Below, piece by piece: positions 20,695 to 30,152 of a stretch of DNA of 64,000 nt; positions within the stretch are counted from its first letter, which is position 1, and each line of letters begins with the position of its first letter. The position numbers were made by a program, and so were the translations under genes. Source of the DNA: an uncultured Acidobacteriota bacterium. GTDB taxonomy: Bacteria; Acidobacteriota; Blastocatellia; RBC074. The DNA lies in contig CAWCKY010000003.1 in the NCBI GenBank assembly GCA_963796275.1, positions 1,120,001 to 1,184,000 of the forward strand. Reading direction: 5' to 3'. The notes below the pieces were generated by a model, which saw only the letters and a list, made by a program, of their open reading frames with translations, did no database searches and was not told where the DNA came from.

Positions 20695-21262
20695 ACAAAT
20701 TAAAGACGCGTTGAGAGAGGCATCAGATGACGACCTGTTCTATGAGGCCTGTCGACGGGGGATGATCTCGTCTCTGGAAATCAAAAGAAGGGAAAGGTGG
20801 GGGGAGGCAAAAAAATCCCAAGAAGATCAAAAAGATTCTGCAGCCAGGCACAGAGAATATGTTGAGGAATTGTTTATCCTACTTCACCAGAAGCGGATCG
20901 AGATGATGAAGGAGAAATGTATCTGGCGCGCGCACACGGCTCCTGAGTTTGCCGCTCTTGGCGTGGTGATGACCAAAACAATTTTCGATCATTTGGTCGA
21001 TGCCCGGCGTGCCGAGTTGGATCAGGGCAGTTGTAATATTGAATCGCTATTGGAAGACTTCATGAGTGATAGCGGCCGCTCATTTGCGGAAAGTCTTGTT
21101 TCAGGAGATATCCGCATCCGGCCTAGTTTGTGGGCAAGTCTCATTTATACGACGGTCCATTATGCTGCTATGTCTTTCTCGGACATAGTGGATGAAGATG
21201 CAGTAGAACCGCTAGACCAGGACGATCAGAATAGTGACAATGAGCCTGGTTTCATCAACTAA
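20660..21262 (+). CDS. Hypothetical protein
   Basis: 200-aa ORF starting 1 nt after upstream stop, GGAGAGG RBS; no recognised motif. Confidence 0.6.
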   Translation: MAARPRDTPSPKQIKDALREASDDDLFYEACRRGMISSLEIKRRERWGEAKKSQEDQKDSAARHREYVEELFILLHQKRIEMMKEKCIWRAHTAPEFAALGVVMTKTIFDHLVDARRAELDQGSCNIESLLEDFMSDSGRSFAESLVSGDIRIRPSLWASLIYTTVHYAAMSFSDIVDEDAVEPLDQDDQNSDNEPGFIN

Positions 21263-22035
21263 CGAAAAGCCCGCCAGTTCCGCATTTTCAAGTAGGCAGA
21301 GGAACAATTGAAACGAGTAGAGCCGCCTTTATCTCCTCTTATTTGCATCGTGCTCAGCTCCTCTCGCCGTCAACCCACCGCTTTGCTCCGGGGTCCTTCG
21401 GAGCGCCCCACACACAATCGATCGTAGATTTGGCTAGCCGTATGGCGCTGTTTGCGCGGCGCCTTCTGATTCTCGGTCAGAAATCTGGTCGATAACTCGC
21501 GCACGGGTCGAACACAGGACTGTGTCGCCGCGGGGATTTGCGGGCAGGAGTAAGAGCGTTGGCCTGCACTTGTACCGACGCCGAATTCATACTCACGCCT
21601 GATCTGTTCTAAGAGTTCCAGTTTGTTCTCGTTGTCATTGGTGGCCTCCCTGACTCGGATTTGTTTAGTCAAGAGGTGAAGGTTCCAGGGACGAGAGGGG
21701 TCAAATCAGGGCACCAAAATGGGCCAAATCAGCAAATCAGTGCCAGAAAGCCCTGAAAAATTAAATTCTGAAAGATTCGCATTAAATTAATCACTCCTTA
21801 TACAGGAAGGAGTTTGTTGTGGGAGCCGATTGCCGATAATCGGGTTCTTCTAGTTGTTCTCAACGTAGGTCCTCACTAATCGCCGTTCTATCGTGATTGA
21901 GCTTGTCGGTCCTTTACCGAGGAATACTCGATGATGTGTCTGCTCGCCGGCAAGTGAGAATCGTGCGTGATTGTATATAATTTGGAAGCAAAGGAAATAG
22001 CCTCTGTCATAGCTCGAAGGCGATGACCGCAGAGT

Positions 22036-22978
22036 ATGACACCTTCCTCAACTGCACGCGGCAGCCTGGAATATCAGTTTACAAATGAAGTCACCCTGGC
22101 ACCAATTGCCGTTGAGGTCCAATCCAAGGAGCCCCATGTTGCGTATCGTCAGCCTTTCTGCCTCTCGTCTCGTCTTGTCAATTCTATTCTCATTCAGTCT
22201 GATTTATGGGCCGGTCATCTCGCTCAGATCAGTGAGCGCGGAAAACCTGTCCCGATCAAGCCCTCAAGCAAAGCCCAACAAGTGACCAAGCATCACAAGG
22301 AGGGCGAGATAATCGTCAAATTCAAACAGGACGCGCCGCAGTCGCTGCGCGATCTGGTCGTCCAAACCTATGCCAGCAGCGAGAAGCAGTCGCGCGGGCG
22401 CGGCAAATTGAGCACGCTCCGGATCAAGGGCGGGCTCGATCTGAGCGATACCATCTTCAACATCAAGCAGATGGATGCGATCGTCGAGTACGCCGAGCCG
22501 AACTACGTCGTCACTCGTACCGGTAATCTCAAGAAGCTGAATCGTCACGCCCTCTCAAAGCCGACTACAAAAATTCCGAACGATTCCAGGTTCAGCCTGC
22601 AGTGGGCGCTCTCAAACGCGGGCCAGAACAACGGCGCGCCAGGCTCGGACATCGGCGCCCTGGCCGGCTGGCAGCAGACCACGGGCTCAGAGAAGACGAT
22701 CATCGCCGTGATCGATACGGGAGTCGATGCGAGGCATCCCGACCTGGCGCGCAACCTCTGGGTCAACAAACAGGAGAGCAAGGGCAAGCGGGGCGAGGAC
22801 GATGATGGCGATGGTTATTTCGACAATGTCTCGGGATGGAATTTCGTCAATGATTCAAACAATGTGACAGACGATCACGGGCACGGGACGGCGATGGCGG
22901 GCATCATCGCGGCCGAGGGCGATAACCGCGAAGGGATCGCGGGTGTGATGAGGCGCGCGAGCATTATGGCGCTCAAGG
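22036..22978 (+). pseudogene. S8 (subtilisin) serine protease, N-terminal part only (start uncertain)
   Basis: Prodomain (GEIIVKFK, VEYAEPNY), IAVIDTGVD and DDHGHGTAMAGIIAA; catalytic Ser region absent. Confidence 0.85.
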
Positions 22979-23453
22979 CAGAGCGAGACGCGCCAGTTCC
23001 AGGGACTCTCGGGGACCTACCGAGTGAGTTACGCATACAACCTGGTCGATGCGCTCAAGCAGGTGACTTATACGGCCAACAGCTGGACCAAGAGCGTCAA
23101 TTACGATTACAACTTTGCCGGAGCGACTGCGAAGATCGGGACGAACCTCAATCCGCTGGGGGGAGTGAGCGACAACGTGATGAAGACTCTCAACTATCGA
23201 GCGTTTGGAGCGCTCAAGAACGGAGATTTCGGCAACGGGCGGAGGATCGAACTGGACTATAGCCATAAACGGCTGAATATGACGAGCCACAAAGTGATCA
23301 AGGCGAGCCCGTTTGAAGCGATCATCGACAACGTCTATGACTATTACGATACGGCGGAACTCAATAATGGCCGAGTGCAGAAGATCACTGATAATCTCGA
23401 TTCCAATTTCACGGCGACCTATGGATACGACGATTACGATCGGCTCGCGAGTG
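22979..23453 (+). pseudogene. RHS/YD-repeat protein, fragment upstream of the nested IS insertion
   Basis: SETRQFQGLSGTYRVSYAYNL...YRAFGAL...NNGRVQKITDNLD...TYGYDDYDRLAS. Confidence 0.85.
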
Positions 23454-25080
23454 TGCATATTTCGACGTATCGTGAACACCAAATCCGGCTGATCGGTTCT
23501 CCCCAGAGTTTGGTGAAGACATTCCTTGTTATTCAACTGCGCTAAGGTGGCTCTGCTCATATCGCATTCAATATCCGCGCCTTCAGCAGGTCGAATTTAG
23601 CCCGACCGAACATCTGTCTCTTGATATATTTGAGCTTATTTACCTGTCCTTCTGTTTGACCGTTACTCCACGGTGAGGTGAAGGCTTTCTTAACGGCTTC
23701 ATAATCGCGGCGGATTCCATTGATAAAGCCCTTGAACGGATTACCTACTGCGGCTTCAGCTTGTTTGATCCATTCATCCAGACCGCCTACTTTTCTGGCA
23801 GCCAGGAGACGGCGAAAGCTCTGCACCAGCTCCAGACCTTGTTTAATGGGATCCATCTTCAGAAGCTGTTCGCGTTCTTGCCGCTCTTGCTCGGTCAACT
23901 TGTCTTGCGTTCTCAACAAGAGCCAGACACTCTGCCGTGCCGTCGGAACCTGTCGTTTCGGTGGCTTGAAACGGGACGGTGATAATAGGATGCCATTCAC
24001 GATAATCCCATCGTCCTGGCGCCAGGGATACACATAGCGCCAGACTCTGACACGGCTGCCGATGGTATCCTTGCGCAACCAATTCTCGATGCAACTGTTG
24101 AGCGTTGTGGCAACCTTCTGCCCATCGCGCCCTCAGATAAGCATCATATTGCTCAACTCCACTGCCAGGCGCTTGACGTTGTACGATCGGATATTCACTG
24201 GCTTCATAGAGCAACCGCGTCCCTTCGTAGCTGCCACCCAGATACCGTGCAACCTGGGCAATGTTCAGTCCTTCCGCCTTGAGTTCCTGTACCTTTTCAT
24301 AACGTGCTTTGCGGCTCGCGTGCCATTGCTGCCGTTTAATTTGATCTTTCTGCGATCGGACGTACTCGCTCGGTGTCGGCGGCACCACATGCTCAATCTC
24401 CGGTGGAGGTGGCGGTGCTGTCGGCAATAACTCATCAGCAAAGACCGTTTGCCAGTGTGCTTTGATGGCACTTGCCTGGCGATGCAACAGCTCTTCAAAA
24501 GCACTCGTCAGGTTCTTGAAGATATGCCAGCGATCGGCGATCTGCTCGGCCTGTGGAGCACCACTAGTCGCCCCTTCCTGGTAAGCCGTCGCGCGATCTC
24601 GACTGATCGTGGTTACGCTCGGATGTTGATGCAGCCATTCCGCCAGAGGAGCAGCCTCGCGACCCGGCAAAAGGTCGATTACCTTGTGCCTTTCAAAGTC
24701 CACCAATACCGTGCCGTACTCGCAGCCTCGTCGCAGAGCGAAATCATCGACGCCTAGGACTTTTATCTCGTCCGTTGTTTGCTCCGCCACTGGCGCGAAA
24801 TCGCGAATGCGTTTGATTAAGGTCGAGGCGCTTACTTGATAACCAAGCTTTTCTGCCAGTCTGGACCCTAGCTCTCCGCCCGAGGCGAGCCCCAGCAAGG
24901 TTTGATGCTGATTAAGGCGCACGGTGCCATGGGAATATTTTTCCACGCATTCTGGCAGTCGTTCACAAAAGATGGTGCGAGGGCAGCCCGTGTTTTCACA
25001 AAAGAATTTGCGCGCATGAAGTAGGAGGCGGACGGAAAACCCCGCAGTCGGTAGATCGCGAGGGCGCCGTAGGTAAGAGC

Positions 25081-26477
25081 CACTGGTATCTACACAAGTT
25101 TTTGCGTTTGGTTGCAAAGAGTTATCGCAATCAAACCTACCGAAAGAATATGCTCTTTGAATGTTTCTCCTCAAACCTCCATTTGACCCCCGTTTGCAAA
25201 GACGGTATGAGAGGCTGGTGAATGAACATCTCCATACAAGCGAGAATCAAGCTGCTGGATCGCGTGCGCTGCCGAGCGTTAATGAAGCGTTTGCCAGCAC
25301 GCAAGCGGCCTGGCGATTTTATGCCAACCCCAATGTGAGGCTGACGGGGCTGGTCGAACCGTTGGTAGAACAAGCTCGGCGGGAGATGCCGCTTGTCTGT
25401 CGACGGTATGGACTGGCGATCCACGACTGGTCTGATCTGCGCTACGGAACGCATACGAGCAAGAAGGATCGGAAAAAAATCGGCAGCGACTTGGGCTACA
25501 AACTGGCGACCACCTTGCTGCTGAGCGACCAGAGCGGGGCGCCGATAGCGCCGATCAGCCTTGGGCTGTGGGCCAATGATGGTTGGCACACAACGCTTGA
25601 TGAAGAGAGGCACAGAGATTGGTCGCCCCTGGGATTGGTGAGCCAGACAATGCGGGCTTCGCAGAAGCAAAAACTGTCGTTGCCGCTGGTCCACATCATT
25701 GATCGGGAAGGCGACTCGATCTTTCACTATCGTCAATGGAATAGTGAAGGCCATCTGTTTGAAGTACGTGCCAACGGGGAACAGAGAGTTGTTTGGCAGG
25801 AGCGGACACAACCGTTGAGCCAGGTCGCAGCACAGGTCGCCTTGCGCGCTAGCCAAGCGGTAGAGATTTCGGCCAATCTCATTGGGCAACTGTTTGTGGG
25901 CGAAACCAGCATCGTCATTGATCGTCCGGCCTTTCCCCGCGCGCGCGACGGGGGCAAGCGTCAATGGATCAAAGGTGAGCCGCTCGAACTGCGCTTGATT
26001 GTCTGTCAACTGCGCTTGCCCGATGAAACGATTGCGGCTGAATGGTACTTGCTCAGTAACGTGCCGGCTGGCATCAGCGCTGAGCAACTGGCCGAATGGT
26101 ACTACTGGCGCTGGAGAATTGAATCTTACTTCAAGTTGCTTAAAAGTCATGGTTTCCAAGTCGACCAGTGGCAGCAGGAAACTGCTGAGGCGATTGCCAA
26201 ACGTTTGTTGGTGGCGGCCATGGCTTGTGTCGTAGTCTGGCACATCCAACGCGCAACGGATCCGCAGACGGTCACCCTGCGCAATCTCTTGGTGCGATTG
26301 AGCGGTCGACAAGTTCGGCGTGGGCAACCCACTGCACCAGCATTGTTGGCTGGGTTTTGGAGTTTCTTGTCGACACTTGAATTGCTCGAACATTATGACC
26401 TCAATGACCTTAAACAGATGGCCCGGCTCATTGTGCCAGGCTATTCCTGACCGTCGGAAAATGTGTAGATGCCAGTG
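25081..26477 (+). mobile_element. IS4-family (IS50/Tn5-like) insertion sequence, 1397 bp
   Basis: IRs CACTGGTATCTACACA / TGTGTAGATGCCAGTG (15/16); 9-bp target duplication GGTAAGAGC at 25072-25080 and 26478-26486. Confidence 0.93.
25161..26450 (+). CDS. IS4-family transposase, apparently intact
   Basis: IHDWS, IIDREGD, YYWRWRIESYFKLLKS (YREK signature). Confidence 0.92.
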   Translation: MFLLKPPFDPRLQRRYERLVNEHLHTSENQAAGSRALPSVNEAFASTQAAWRFYANPNVRLTGLVEPLVEQARREMPLVCRRYGLAIHDWSDLRYGTHTSKKDRKKIGSDLGYKLATTLLLSDQSGAPIAPISLGLWANDGWHTTLDEERHRDWSPLGLVSQTMRASQKQKLSLPLVHIIDREGDSIFHYRQWNSEGHLFEVRANGEQRVVWQERTQPLSQVAAQVALRASQAVEISANLIGQLFVGETSIVIDRPAFPRARDGGKRQWIKGEPLELRLIVCQLRLPDETIAAEWYLLSNVPAGISAEQLAEWYYWRWRIESYFKLLKSHGFQVDQWQQETAEAIAKRLLVAAMACVVVWHIQRATDPQTVTLRNLLVRLSGRQVRRGQPTAPALLAGFWSFLSTLELLEHYDLNDLKQMARLIVPGYS

Positions 26478-26719
26478 GGTAAGAGCTATGGACCTTCTGT
26501 GTTGGCTGTTGGCATACAGGGCAATGAACAACTGTTCGTGTTGTCTTAGCCTCGATCGTCATCACTAGCCCCGAAACGTTAAGTTTCTCGAATGCAATCA
26601 GATGCGGTGAGGGAATCAAAGCATCCATCCCGCAGCTTTTAACAGATGCTACGTCTCATCACCAAACTCTGGGGAGAACCCATCGTCGAATTTACCTTTC
26701 ACCATCACCGAAATACGCA

Positions 26720-28142
26720 AGTGCCAATGCGACATCCTTCGGGCGCACATACAGCTACGATGAATGGGGCAATCTGACCAATGTCGCTGCTACCGGTGCT
26801 GGAGAGAGTGGGGGCTATTCACTCAGCTATGTGAACAATGCGAGCGGTGCGCCGCTCAATAACAGGATCAACAACGCCGGGCATGTGTACGATGCGGCCG
26901 GGAATATGACTCAAGACCCTGCGCTGAGTTATACATATGACGCGGCCAATCGGTTGAAGACGGCGGGAGTGGGCAGCAGCTACGGATATGACGGAGACGG
27001 GTGGAAGGTAAAACAGGTGTCGGGAGTCAGCACGGGTTTCTCCCTGTGGTCGAGCGTGTTGGGACAGCCGGTGGTGGAACTGACGAGCGGAGGAGTAAAC
27101 CGAGCCTATGTCTACTCGAGTGGAGGGCAAGTGCTTGGGCTGCAGGCGACGGATCAACAGTTCTACTGGGTGCACACTGATCATCTGGGAAGCGGGAAGA
27201 TGATGACGAACACGAGCGGGGCAGTGGTCTATCGAGGACAGTACGATCCGCATGGGCAGATGGTCTATGAGTGGGCGAGCGATGGACAGATGAACAAGAA
27301 TTCGCACAAGTTCACGGGATATGAAAGGGATTCGGCGGCGGATTTGGATTATGCGAAGGCGCGGATGTACAGTAGGTTCAAGGGGAGGTTTACGTCGCCT
27401 GATCCATTGGGGTTGGGTGCTGCTGATCTGAGCAACCCGCAGAGTTTGAATCTGTATAGCTATGTCGGGAATGATCCAGTGAATTACACTGACCCGACCG
27501 GCTTGTTTAAGCATAATCCACCACAATCACCAAAACCACCAAGCATATGATCCGGCTTTTCTGGACTTCTTCCTGGATTCATTGGAGTTTCACAGCCGAA
27601 GTGGCGGCGGGTTTCAAGGGGGAGGAGGCGGTGGTCGCGGGGGGCAGGCGCCAGCGCAAACACCAACGCCGCCTCCACCGCAAACTGATTGTGAGCGGTT
27701 TGCAGACATGGTTGCTAACATTGCGGCTCAGGCGACTGGAAGTGAGAATTTCTTCGACAGGATGGCAAGTACCTTTACTGCCGCGAATAACAGTAGCATA
27801 AGTGAAATGAATAGAACTCAAGCATTGGGATTGCCAGCTGGTAGACCAAGATTTGGAGATTCGGGTTTCAAAAGTCAGTTCCGAGATGGCAGTAATCAGG
27901 TTCGGCATTTCACAGCTGGCCTGATAGCGGGATATAGGATAGGCACTACACCTGCTCTTCTCTTCATGAATAGTCGAGAAACATCCGGTATAGATGATGC
28001 TGACATTGCACTCAACCGTGAAAGTACTAGTATGGGGATGACTTACAGCGCTAGACCTGGGAGCTTTGCTGATCTTATCAACTTAACGGGTGGCAACTAC
28101 GGAGAGTTAGCTGATCAAATAAGAAAGAGATTATGTTTATGA
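26720..28142 (+). pseudogene. RHS core plus C-terminal toxin domain (frameshift near 27540)
   Basis: HTDHLGS, FTGYERD, GRFTSPDP, NLYSYVGNDPVNYTDPTG; C-terminal domain with GF...FRD.SNQVRHFTAGL...RE...DADIALN. Confidence 0.88.
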
Positions 28143-28669
28143 GTAAGTTTATCAAATGTGCAATCACTATTATTGGGGTTATAGCGTTAAGTAGTTGCAA
28201 TCTTCTGCTTCCCCCTCGTATAGGTAAAGTAACTGAAACTTGGGTCACTACAAATAACACATTTAAAATTCGTGTGAACAGGCACGCCGAAGAAAATGGT
28301 GGATTTGTGGGAGGAGCTTATTACGTTTTCCAAGCTGCTAAACAAGACTCAGACAACTGGACAGAGATCATGGTGGTTCGACACGATGATCCGATTGATA
28401 TTCCGCGAAAACAATTGCGCTTTGTGAATGATCAGATCGGTTACACATTCATGAATCGCAAGTTCGCCTCCACTATTGATGGAGGAATAACTTGGTCTGT
28501 TTGGGATGCGGTGGACAACCTTCAGGATTGGAAACTGACACGCGCATCGATAAGTGATGTACATATAGAGCCAAATGGGGATGGAGCTATGAAACTCGTT
28601 TCTTTTACAGATCACCCCCCTCCCAATCTTTTTACAAAGGACTATGGAAAAATCTGGGTTGTCAAGTAG
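28139..28669 (+). CDS. Putative immunity lipoprotein for RHS toxin
   Basis: ATGA overlap with toxin stop, lipobox LSSC, STIDGGITW Asp-box, AT-richer DNA. Confidence 0.7.
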   Translation: MSKFIKCAITIIGVIALSSCNLLLPPRIGKVTETWVTTNNTFKIRVNRHAEENGGFVGGAYYVFQAAKQDSDNWTEIMVVRHDDPIDIPRKQLRFVNDQIGYTFMNRKFASTIDGGITWSVWDAVDNLQDWKLTRASISDVHIEPNGDGAMKLVSFTDHPPPNLFTKDYGKIWVVK

Positions 28670-28672
28670 CTT

Positions 28673-29230
28673 TCAGACCACTAGTCGAGCATAGTGGCAG
28701 AGCAGTGGTGGATGTGACTGACTGTAGACGTTCTTAATCGTAAATGCCTCTTGGATGAGGATTCCATCCACATCGAATAATCGATTAAGAACCTTCTCGA
28801 GAGATTTTCCTCGCTTATTTGTGTCGGTTTCTTTGAACAAGGCGAATAAGTCAGCCTTTATAGATGAGATTCTCTCACGACGATTGGCCTCTTCCTTTTG
28901 TTTAGCGCGAGTTTCCTCTACGCGTTGTTGTCTTTCTGCTTCACGCTCTATGTTCATCCTCGTGAATGCATCTTTTACGCCAATAATACGTCGAACATCT
29001 GCGACTTGGCCCTTTGCCTTCAATTGATCATTTGGCCAGCAAGTAGAAAAGTCTTCAAAGTCCGAAATGCGTTTTAGAACTTCGCGCCTTTCTCGCAGAG
29101 TTGCATCTCCGCCTTCATTTAGTCTCGTTAAAACAACGCGCGCGTAATTTCGTATTTACTGATGCTGTCTCTATCTATATCAATCTTCTGAACGAGGTCA
29201 TTTGTAATATCTGAAGAGACGCCAGCTCCT
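28673..29230 (-). pseudogene. Fragment of Mrr-like restriction endonuclease family gene
   Basis: GAGVS...VLTRLNEGGDATLRERREVLKRISDFEDFSTCWPNDQLKAKG...RGKSLEKVLNRLF; frameshifted, truncated before catalytic core. Confidence 0.6.
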
Positions 29231-29241
29231 TTGGTATCCTT

Positions 29242-29275
29242 CAGTAACGCGTCACGAGCAGTAACGCGTCACGAG
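29242..29275. repeat. Perfect 17-bp tandem duplication CAGTAACGCGTCACGAG x2
   Basis: Direct reading. Confidence 0.9.
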
Positions 29276-29367
29276 TCCGGAATTAATATTTCGTGAGGGT
29301 GGTAATATCCAATGGAATTCAGCAACTTCCACCGGCAGAGTTCCAAGACGGAAGCAAAGGAACTCAT

Positions 29368-30025
29368 ATGTCATACTGGATGACTCTATATCGCAAGCTG
29401 TTTATCTTGAGCCTTGGATTGGGATTGATGACTGCTTGCTTTTTCTTAGTTGAGGTCTGGGCGAGCCGCCACTATTCAAGCAGGGCCCTGCAGAGCGCAC
29501 TGCCAGACCTAATACCTGCTACGACACTCCCTGGCACAGAGGATGAGATGAAGTGGTGGCAAACAGTTCGATCGCAGGCCGTGAAGCCGTCGCATCCTGG
29601 GCACGTAAGGACGAAGCAATCACCAAAGCCAAACGCAGACAGATAAGAGTCGCGTGGGGTATATCCGCTCATGCGAAGAGAAGGTATCTGATTCCACCAA
29701 ACAATTCGTGAGCTTGATGCGCGAGGCAGGTGAAAAATCATATCGAGTGCCGGTGCCTGACAACCGCCCTATCATTCTCCATAAAACCATGCCGAACTAC
29801 ACCGATGAGGCACGGCGGAGGAAAGTTAAGGGATCTGTCGTCATCTCTACAATGTTTCTTGCTGACGGGGAAGTTGGCGATGTCAGGATTGTACGGGGAT
29901 TGGGAGCGGGATTGGATGAAAAGGCATCTGAGGTTGCCCGCCAGATTCTCTTTCTTCCAGCAGTCAAGGATGGAGTGTTTGTTCCAACCCACTCCAACGT
30001 GGACATGGGGTTCAACATTTACTGA
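29368..30025 (+). pseudogene. TonB C-terminal domain protein, frameshifted
   Basis: N-terminal TM segment; PNYTDEARRRKVKGSV...GLGAGLDEKA...FLPAVKDG. Confidence 0.75.
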
Positions 30026-30152
30026 GCGGGCATTTTGGGAGATACGAGTTTGGACAAATAGGGGATGGTCAAATGGCCTATCCATATGGATGTTAACTTT
30101 GCCAGAACTGTATGGTCCTAAACTCCATATCAGGCTAAGCAGGAGGCACAAA

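Larger units (their letters stand above)
23557..26628 (-). pseudogene. ISL3 transposase, split by IS4 and frameshifted near 24060
   Basis: CPVC zinc finger, VHSSY|LRRPRDLP, GVDDFALRRG, ISRDRA, IADRWH, WSNGQTEGQVNKLKYIKRQMFGR. Confidence 0.9.
23495..26680 (-). mobile_element. ISL3-family insertion sequence, interrupted by IS4
   Basis: Perfect 22-bp terminal IRs GGTTCTCCCCAGAGTTTGGTGA (23495-23516 / 26659-26680). Confidence 0.92.
23454..26719. mobile_element. IS21-like terminal remnants (41 bp left, 39 bp right) enclosing ISL3; 4-bp target duplication AGTG
   Basis: Left TGCATATTTCGACGTATCGTGAA vs reverse-complemented right TGCGTATTTCGGTGATGGTGAA; AGTG at 23450-23453 and 26720-26723; removal restores RHS frame. 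Confidence 0.75.

Noticed and set aside
21370-21672. 100-aa minus-strand ORF
   Set aside because: TTG start, no motif, likely spurious or decayed
21702-21740. CAAATCAG x3 upstream of the S8 gene as operator
   Set aside because: Irregular spacing (23 and 8 bp) and no cognate regulator identifiable
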